DNA of 62,408 nt, the filler included. It is 3 parts of 3 records of this genome, joined end to end, with 100 filler letters (N's around TTAATTAATTAA, not from the genome) between each part and the next. Parts side by side here need not be neighbours in the genome. Positions count along the whole stretch, not along the records: positions 47,969 to 62,408 come from SRR20825019_713; 2 more parts are not named here. The stretch is one strand, 5' to 3'. The notes under the pieces are model-generated. The model searched no databases, had not been told where the DNA came from, and saw only the letters and a program-made list of their open reading frames with translations. The number at the start of each line of letters is the position of its first letter. Position 1 is the first letter of the stretch. A program made the position numbers and the translations under genes. Shown here piece after piece: positions 54,961-62,408 of this stretch.

Positions 54961-55794
54961 TGTCTATTACTGAAAAACATCGGATAATGGAAATCCACAC
55001 CGTGGGAGGCTATCCACGACTCGACAACGGTTTGTTCGTATTTCCAAACTTAGCGTCAAGAAACCCCGAAACTGTCACTCAAGCGGTACACTCGATATGG
55101 CACGCCCATCCTTACTTCAATTTTAACCCACGGCCTTCTATGCGGTGCCCAGTCATGGGACAAGGCAGTGGAAACTCACTTCTGGTAAGGACCTGATTGG
55201 TTCTAAACACGGGCCGGGGAGCCTGTTGGTCTGGGTCATGGTTGCCAACAATTTCGGTTTTGGGTTGGGCACGACGGCCACGTCGTTCCAGACGTTCCGT
55301 TCGGTGTCCAGGAACTCGAATCATCAACCCGACGGCACAGCGGCCCTCGGTCACAAGTCGTGGTCCATTCATTCACTCCGGCGGCGTCCGATCCGAGTGT
55401 TCAGTGTCACTGACGAGTTGGCCCCACACTGAGTGCAGTCGTGGCGGCTGTGGCATTGTTCGCTCATCCGACAACCGGGCACTGCGGCCAGTGTGAAACC
55501 GACGAAACTGTGAGTGGTGGCAACCACCCTATCTTCATGACAACTCTGAACCCAGACTCTGGCCCCGCGCACCAATCACGACAAGCCATGCGAAATGCTA
55601 TGCTAACCCCGCGCCCTCTCCCCACACCAAGCAACGAGCCCCTCGTGGAGAGACATATATACAACTCACGCAGGGTAGGACGAGTACACTCGCTTGAAAG
55701 TTGATTTTCTTCTTTTGACAAAACACACAAGGAACGTTAAAGTATTACTTGAGAACAATTTTCACGTAATACAACCAATTTTTATCTTCACTTA

Positions 55795-56363
55795 AGCAAA
55801 AAATTCAAACTGGCTCCTACAATTTATAACGCCCCTATCCCACTGGTGAAGGAAACCTCGAAGAAGGATCTATACGAGTCGAAACTTTCAAATAAGCAAC
55901 AGAACTTAGACGACTTCAACAAGGAAAACTCACCCGTTTCTAAGGGGGACTTCCCTTCGCCCTTGCAGAAGCACCGCGCGGTTCTTCGGGTTCTCAACCA
56001 GGAAAAAACCTTTTCTGCTGACACACTTCACCCTTCAGCCCTTAAGAAGACCCTTAGGCATTTGTGAGAATGTGCGAGGCCTTGTGGAAACGCAGACTGA
56101 CTATAGCTGTTCCCGTGAGTACGGCAAAGTCTTTTAGAGTGAAAAAGAATAGACGAGGAAATGCAAAAGCTGTGGTTATCGCATCTAGTCTTGCCGGAAA
56201 GCTGGTCAATGAAGTGGAATTGACCTCGAAGAAGGAGAGGTGCGAACTTGAGACATTATTGGCGCAAGTGTGTTCTTTGCGTGTTAGTCAAAACAAACGA
56301 CTGGGCGTGAACAAGAAGAGTGCATTGTTCGTCTCCTCGTACATGAAGTCACTTCAGCGGTGA
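55795..56363 (+). CDS. Possible exons of a basic, Lys-rich protein
   Basis: Two adjacent protein-like open frames (55795-56067, 56064-56363) joinable by a 32-nt GT-AG intron; 5' structure unresolved. Confidence 0.3.
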
Positions 56364-56587
56364 GATGTATTTGAACTTCCTGCTGCTCTAACACTTCATG
56401 GTCTTCTTCGTGAGACTTCCCCGAAGCCGTGGTACCCCTTGCAGATTTGCATTGCGAAAGTAAACCATACCTGAAAAGCAAACTGATTCTAAAGTGTAAA
56501 CGTGAACTTAAGTGTTTGTGAACATTTACTGTAGGCGCAGCACCAGCATCTTTGCAGTACAGTGGCAATTTGGACAAAGTTTGTAAC

Positions 56588-59500
56588 TCACGCGCGCTTA
56601 GCCCTAAACTTCTTCATCGGACCGCGAGACGACTTCACAGCCCCAAGGTTGAAGCCACCGGGTGCAGCTCCGCCACCCATAGGATTAGCGCCTCCCATGG
56701 GGTTTGGGAAGCCTCCAGGTGCTGCAGCAGCACCACCAGGAGCACCGCCGAAACTGCCACCGAACCCTGCGTTTCCACCACCAAAGGCTGGTGGTGCACT
56801 CGCATTACCACCACCAAATGGTTGTTGTGGTGCTCCCGCACCCTGGCCAAATGCAGGCGCTGATGCCTGCCCAAAGCTGGGTGCGCTCTGGGCACCCGCT
56901 CCGAACTGCGGCGCGCTACCTCCAAAGGCAGGGCCCGCAGGAGCAGAGCCAAACGCAGGTGTGGCTTGTGCGGGCGCCCCGAAGGTTGGGGCAGCAGCAG
57001 GGGCAGGGGTGCTACTGGCACCACCAAACACAAATTGGCCCGATGGCGCGGAGGTTGATCCAGCACCAAAAGCAGGAGCGCTTCCAAACGAGGGTCCGCT
57101 CGCCGCGCCAGCACCGAATGTTGGTGCACTCCCCGGTGCAGGTGCACCAAATGCAGGTCCACTACCAGGCGGGGCTCCAAAGGTGGGCGCGGCCGCGCTA
57201 GCGCCACCAAAAGTCATAGAAGGAGCAGTGGATGCACCGCCAAATGATGGAGTGGACGCAGGAGGGGCGCCGAATGCAGGGGCCGCAGAAGATTGAGGCG
57301 GGGCCCCGAAAGTAGGCGAACTTGAAGGCGCCGATCCTCCGAAAGTGAACGATGGCGTCGAACCCGCGAGGGCGGGGGCACTAGAGGAGGGTTGGCTTGC
57401 TGCTCCGCCAAAAACAAATGGAGCGGATGTCGCTGGAGCGGATGTTGCTGGAGCGGATGTTGCTGGCGCACTACCCGTTCCCGTATTTGCACCAAAGACG
57501 AATGGTTGCGGAGCGGATGACGGAGCCGGGGCAGATGAAGGAGCAGGCGCACTTGCTCCAAAGGTGAAGGCTGGAGTACTAGCAGCTGCCGGACCACTTG
57601 CATTGGACGCAGTCTGGTTTCCACCACCGAACACAAACGCGGGCGCAGAAGATGCGGCAGGTGCAGAAGAAGAAACTGGCGCCGTGGATCCCAGCACCGT
57701 TGGCGCGAAGTCAGCAAGAGGCTTCGCTACGTTCAAAGCGGGTGATGATGGTACCATATCATCAGCAGTAGGTGGCTTTGCCCCAAATGTAAATGCTGGT
57801 CCCGCCGTTGCTGAGGACTTGGGTTCAGAGCTGGCCGGGGCCGGGGCCGAACCTCCAAAGACAAATGCTGGCGCAGCAGGGGCGTCCGCTTTCTTTCCCT
57901 CATTTGCGGTCGATGTGACACCCGCCACAGTATTGCCAGAACCAAATTGGGGTGCGGCTGAGCTGCCGCCAAAAATTACGGATGAGGAGCCAAACGTGGG
58001 ACCCTTCCCTGCCGGAGACTCCGCCATGGGCGACTCGACCTTATTCTCCGCCAGCTTTGGAGCAACCGGCGTGGCTTCTTTTTGCTGTTCAGACTTGGGT
58101 TCAGTTTGCTTTGCAGGCGTGCCAAATGTGAACAGTGGCGCAGCAGCAGATGATGATGCAGGAACAGCGACCTTGGCAACGTCCTTTGCCGGTGATGCAA
58201 CCACAGACGCGGCCTTGGTCTTGGCGTCACTATCTCCAAAGGTGAAAACTTTCACCGGCGACTCCTTCGCAAGCGTTGCTACAGGAACAGCGGACGGGAA
58301 CGCTGGCTTTTCCTCTGCTTTCGCCGGGCTTGCAGCCGCAAACACCTTTACCTCATCTTTTTGGGGAGTCTTGTCCTTCGGCTCCGACGCCCCAAATGTA
58401 AATACCGGCGGAGCGGCCGCGGGAGCCTTCACAGTCTCGTCAAAGATTGGCTTTGACGCATCTCCTGCATCCACCGGCTTGGATGATTTGAATGCTGGGC
58501 TAACAGTCACTTTCGCCACGCTGCTGGGCTCAGTATCTTTTGTCAAGGAACCCGACGGCAATGCACCCTTATCACCAAACACACTGATCCCATTCCCTGG
58601 AACGGATTTCAACGGAGACTTCGATGTCTGGAATATGGAAGGCACCTGCTCACTCGCAGGACTTACGCTTGCGGGTGACGCGGCCTTAACAGCAGATGCC
58701 GAGGTTGTTGGCACTGGTTTTGATGGCGTAAATGTGAAGCTACTGGACTCCACAGCCGGTTCTCCGACCTTATCAGGAACATACCCTTTCGTTGGCGTAC
58801 TTGGCTTGAACACGAACGTCTCTTCGCCAAGTGGCGCCGACTGCACTTTCGTGGGAGGAGCACTTGACTCTAGCTGGGATCCCATCTTCTTATTTGTTTC
58901 AAGAACAGCTTGTGGTTTCTGGGGCGTGGTGAACATAGCCGCAGGAGATGCAGGCTTAAAACTATCCACCTTCTTATCCTGCACCGGTGTGGTATCTTTG
59001 GCCGGTGGTGATACCGATGGAGCGTCAAAGTTGGGCTTCACTGGTACCATCACAGCAGGTGACTTCTTCTCGGCTGACGTAGCAACAAGCGTCCTGAAAT
59101 CCGGGGGCGCAGCCTTAGGTAAAGCCTCTTTCTTTGCAGTTGTTGCAATACCCACAGGTGCCGATACAGGTGCCTTGGCAACCGGCTGTTCGATCTCGAA
59201 CGATGGCTTAGGAGCCTCCTTGGGCGGCGGAAGAGTCGCCACCGGCTTGCTTTGTGCAGCAGATGGTGTAAGAGCAGATGCATTGAACTTTGGAGTGCCA
59301 ACGGTCCTAGGATCTTGTTTGCGCTTCTCCTCGTCGTAACCAGAGAACGGTGGAATCCGCGCAGGTGCCTGGCTCCTAAGCGCCAAGTAGCGAGATGATA
59401 GTGCCTGCTGTGGGGTACGGCGAGCATCGGATATGGGCGACGCAAACTCCCCTAACGTTTGCAGGATTTTCTTCGCAGTATCACTGGATGATCCTCCGGC

Positions 59501-61366
59501 CGCCAGCGGGTGGGTGCTGTAGCCACCAGCATCAGGAACAAGACCGCCTACCTTTGGAGTCACCGGCACAACCTTCCGGCGTTGAGCAGGACGGTCGTAT
59601 TCAGACATTCCACTGCCCATAGCCCTGTCACGCTTAAACCCCGTTGAAAGCCCACTGAATGATGCACCCGTGCTCATAGCTGCAGGTTTTGTCCCCATTC
59701 TGCTGTAAGAAGGAGACATCGGAGTCCGCATAAGCGAAGGTGAAGCAAACCTCGACACCGAGCCAGGTGCAGCAGGGCTCTTGTCTGGAGTGCCCAACAC
59801 ACTGACGTTATTTGGAGTGGCCATAGGTCTGGCTGCCGGAGAGAATACGGAAGACGGTGCCCTCCCAATACCAAATGCCATTGCTTTCGAGTGATCACTA
59901 GGGTCGTACAACGCTGGCCGTGGAGACTCCTTCCACAACCCCGAAGACTTGAACGCCTGAAACAAGGATAAGTCACGCGGAATACGCAGAATACAAAAAA
60001 CACTCACCGCTGAAGCTGCAGCGACACCAAACACACCGGGGGATTTCGAGTCAGAAGCGGGGAAAGAGCCCTTGCCATTAGACGCGGGCTTCTTTCCTTC
60101 GTCCACACTCATGCTCTCAGGAGGCGCATCCACCACTTTGGACAGGACCACCCTCCTAATTTCCTCATACTCGGTGCGCGATAAGGATCCATCCTTTTGG
60201 CTCGAAAGTAGTTGCTTCACAGTCTGCACAGGTGACATCATTGGCGACAACCCCTGTGTGCGACTTGGGGTTTCTTGGACCTTCGGGGATGGAGTCGCAA
60301 TCGCCTGGGCGGGAGCCTGCTTAGGGCTCCTATCAACTTCAGATGCTGCTGCAGGTGCCACCGCCCGTGGTGACGCCTTGACTGGGGAAGACACCTTAAC
60401 TGGGGAAGACACCTTAACTGGGGAAGACGCCTGCAGCGTCGGTGACTGTGTTTGCTTGGGCGAAAGGTTCCGTGACGCCACCTGCATCGGTGAGGGCTCT
60501 TTTTTTGGAGACCCAGCATCCTGAGCGAGTGGTGCCGTCGCATTCTGATCGCTTTCCTCATTACGAGAGCTACCGGCCTCGGGCAACGCGACCGGCATGT
60601 CCTCTGCACTTTCCATTACTGTGTCAAGGGATCCACCTTGTGGTTCCGACGGTACTTTCTCTTTCTCTTCACCTTCTGCGACTCTCTTCCGTTCTTCCCT
60701 AATTGCCCGAATCAAGTCACGTTTTCTCCTCAAAGACTTGTCCACCGAAATGCCCATTTTCTTGCAGATGGTCACAAGATTCTTTACCAAAAGCTTTTCC
60801 AAGCCATCGTCTTCATTATCTTGAGAACCGCTCGCCATAGAAGATTGTCTACTTTCCTCCATAGCAGTGCTCGGGTGGTCGCTTCCCTGAGCGCTTGCGC
60901 TCGCCGTATCACCCTCCACAGCAAAAGACACCTTGCGTCCCTCACGTTTCGGAGGCACATCCGAGTCCATCTCACTAACATCCTGATTTTCTGGTTCTTG
61001 TGCGTTATTACCGTTGTACTCTTCAGCAGGCTGAAGTGCCGGCTGCTGCCCAACTCCTCGCTTCAGCAACCATGGCATCTTAGACATAAAATAGTTTTTC
61101 ACTCTTGATATGTTGATTTTTCCCAGCCAGGTCGCACCGTCGTGCTCTTCGCCTTTCGGAGCACTATCCCCTTGAACGTCGACATTATATTCTTCATCTT
61201 CATCCAAAAAGACCTTGCTTTTGGCCTTAATCAGATGTTGCTCAATAACCTCGTCTTCTACCTCTACCATCCGTTCTTGCCGAGACGACTGGCGAGTTGT
61301 TCGCCGGTAAGGGTGCGTTTGGCGAGATGCTCTCGCCGAGCTACCTCCTTCGACTAACTTTCCCAT
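56588..61366 (-). CDS. NUP153: Nuclear-basket FG nucleoporin, Nup153/Nup1-like
   Basis: SDTAKKILQTLGEFASPISDARR resembles the Nup153 TARRILQSLEKMSSPLADAKR motif; FTFG/FVFG then PAFG repeats; basic end MKKFRAKRA; in-frame 51-nt intron 59957-60007. Confidence 0.85.
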   Translation of the reverse strand: MGKLVEGGSSARASRQTHPYRRTTRQSSRQERMVEVEDEVIEQHLIKAKSKVFLDEDEEYNVDVQGDSAPKGEEHDGATWLGKINISRVKNYFMSKMPWLLKRGVGQQPALQPAEEYNGNNAQEPENQDVSEMDSDVPPKREGRKVSFAVEGDTASASAQGSDHPSTAMEESRQSSMASGSQDNEDDGLEKLLVKNLVTICKKMGISVDKSLRRKRDLIRAIREERKRVAEGEEKEKVPSEPQGGSLDTVMESAEDMPVALPEAGSSRNEESDQNATAPLAQDAGSPKKEPSPMQVASRNLSPKQTQSPTLQASSPVKVSSPVKVSSPVKASPRAVAPAAASEVDRSPKQAPAQAIATPSPKVQETPSRTQGLSPMMSPVQTVKQLLSSQKDGSLSRTEYEEIRRVVLSKVVDAPPESMSVDEGKKPASNGKGSFPASDSKSPGVFGVAAASAVSVFCILRIPRDLSLFQAFKSSGLWKESPRPALYDPSDHSKAMAFGIGRAPSSVFSPAARPMATPNNVSVLGTPDKSPAAPGSVSRFASPSLMRTPMSPSYSRMGTKPAAMSTGASFSGLSTGFKRDRAMGSGMSEYDRPAQRRKVVPVTPKVGGLVPDAGGYSTHPLAAGGSSSDTAKKILQTLGEFASPISDARRTPQQALSSRYLALRSQAPARIPPFSGYDEEKRKQDPRTVGTPKFNASALTPSAAQSKPVATLPPPKEAPKPSFEIEQPVAKAPVSAPVGIATTAKKEALPKAAPPDFRTLVATSAEKKSPAVMVPVKPNFDAPSVSPPAKDTTPVQDKKVDSFKPASPAAMFTTPQKPQAVLETNKKMGSQLESSAPPTKVQSAPLGEETFVFKPSTPTKGYVPDKVGEPAVESSSFTFTPSKPVPTTSASAVKAASPASVSPASEQVPSIFQTSKSPLKSVPGNGISVFGDKGALPSGSLTKDTEPSSVAKVTVSPAFKSSKPVDAGDASKPIFDETVKAPAAAPPVFTFGASEPKDKTPQKDEVKVFAAASPAKAEEKPAFPSAVPVATLAKESPVKVFTFGDSDAKTKAASVVASPAKDVAKVAVPASSSAAAPLFTFGTPAKQTEPKSEQQKEATPVAPKLAENKVESPMAESPAGKGPTFGSSSVIFGGSSAAPQFGSGNTVAGVTSTANEGKKADAPAAPAFVFGGSAPAPASSEPKSSATAGPAFTFGAKPPTADDMVPSSPALNVAKPLADFAPTVLGSTAPVSSSAPAASSAPAFVFGGGNQTASNASGPAAASTPAFTFGASAPAPSSAPAPSSAPQPFVFGANTGTGSAPATSAPATSAPATSAPFVFGGAASQPSSSAPALAGSTPSFTFGGSAPSSSPTFGAPPQSSAAPAFGAPPASTPSFGGASTAPSMTFGGASAAAPTFGAPPGSGPAFGAPAPGSAPTFGAGAASGPSFGSAPAFGAGSTSAPSGQFVFGGASSTPAPAAAPTFGAPAQATPAFGSAPAGPAFGGSAPQFGAGAQSAPSFGQASAPAFGQGAGAPQQPFGGGNASAPPAFGGGNAGFGGSFGGAPGGAAAAPGGFPNPMGGANPMGGGAAPGGFNLGAVKSSRGPMKKFRAKRA
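60381..60428 (-). repeat. 18-nt coding tandem repeat (SSPVKV)
   Basis: ACTGGGGAAGACACCTTA repeated about 2.7 times. Confidence 0.85.
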
Positions 61367-61699
61367 TTTCTATCCCTTGGCTCTTGTCTAAAAGAATCTT
61401 ATTCTACTGAGCCATAAACGGACAAGGCAACCTTTAATTGTGAAAATTATATATACAATTTTATAGGAGCCCCAGTATGGCAGGCCTGACTGCATAATAA
61501 GCAAAACATCCAAAGGCCGTGACAAATGCCTTGCACTTTCCAGGGCAGCGTCAACACTTAGGACCCAGTTGTGTACCGCGGGACGAAAGGGCGACTGCAG
61601 CGCCCTGACCATGGCTGCCACGGCATCCTACGCAACATGCCGCCGCAAAGGAGTCCGCCGTTGGCCACCCATTGACTGATGGTCATCGATTCAAGGGAA

Positions 61700-62408
61700 C
61701 TATCGGCTGCTGAGTCGGATGGTCGCCGACCGGACCCCAGCCATGAGCGCCGGACCGGGTGCCCTGCCCCCCCACCCCACCCACCCACCCCCCGCCGTCG
61801 TGTCGTCACGGTTCGAGCGTCGCCCGGCCGGGCCATGGCCGTTGCGATGACGCTCGGGCCCGCCCTTTTTGCCCGGCCAGCCCCGAGGCCGTGAGACTCG
61901 GCCCAGCAGTCAGGGGTCTCCCCGGCGCGGGCCCCGCCCGGCCCAAGCAAGGCCGTCGCGCTCCCCAGGCTCGGGCCGGGGCCTTCGGTCATCGCGGACG
62001 AACAACTCCACCGAACTGAGTTGAAATGTCCACCAGCCCACCCGCCCGCTCATTGAAGAACGGAAGGCGCGACTTTCATTGATTGCTGCCTGCGCCCCGG
62101 GCGACACTGCTCACTGGCCCACTGACCGGGCCAGCCACCCCGACCGGCTCGGCTGATCGTGGCCGTTCAGCATTTGCTTGACCTTGTCGTCCATTCGTTA
62201 TTCTGATGTGTGAAACCTCTCTATTACGAATTGGTGTGTTTTTGCTTTTGCCCCATCTCCAGGCCGAGATTGGATCAGATTCCGCGAAACGCTCGCTCCG
62301 GCGCTGACCCGGACCGACTTCGGCGCACAGGCCGGGACCGCCTGAGTCGTCGGTAGGCTTTCCGCGGGCCGGCTGCCGGGCGAGCCCCCCCCCCCCCCCC
62401 CCCCCCCC
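61700..62408. promoter_or_regulatory. GC-rich island(s) upstream of nucleoporin gene ending in poly-C
   Basis: GC blocks, CCCA-tract 61766-61793, ATTGG near 62230 and 62269, E2F-like TTTCGCGG on minus strand at 62282-62289, C24 at 62385-62408. Confidence 0.5.

Noticed and set aside
57345-59339. 664-aa + strand ORF (and 56562-57296)
   Set aside because: Antisense shadow of the Ala/Pro/Ser-rich nucleoporin; no independent motifs
60381-60428. CRISPR-like repeat
   Set aside because: Spacer-less in-frame tandem repeat within a eukaryotic CDS; no cas genes in the window

Overview
The window is a concatenation of three contigs joined by two identical artificial 100-nt spacers (44 N + TTAATTAATTAA + 44 N; 28220-28319 and 47869-47968). 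Contigs 1 (1-28219) and 3 (47969-62408) come from a compact-genome microbial eukaryote using the standard code, with mostly 45-65-nt GT-AG introns, very tight tail-to-tail gene pairs and extremely GC-rich GGCC/CCGG islands upstream of genes. They encode ArfGAP1, RBM34/Nop12, an intronless secreted protein with 45 EGF repeats, a MOZART2-like protein, a KH protein, a 14-blade RCC1 protein, an ankyrin-repeat protein, a Zn2Cys6 transcription factor, RED/IK, a four-TM protein, a Nup153/Nup1-like FG nucleoporin and several orphans. Contig 2 (28320-47868) is alphaproteobacterial (Rhizobiales-like): lplA fragment, clcA, a diguanylate cyclase, a DUF2946/RAPP leader peptide upstream of a PCu(A)C copper chaperone, a TPP riboswitch-controlled ykoF-thiXZY-tenA operon, ugd, scfR/ramB-aceA-SMc00767, a Crp/Fnr regulator and a hydantoinase B-TRAP-GntR operon. 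The most mechanistically supported signal is the CxxC/RAPP leader whose last codons base-pair with the Shine-Dalgarno of the copper chaperone gene. All calls are from motif recognition by eye; no searches were run.
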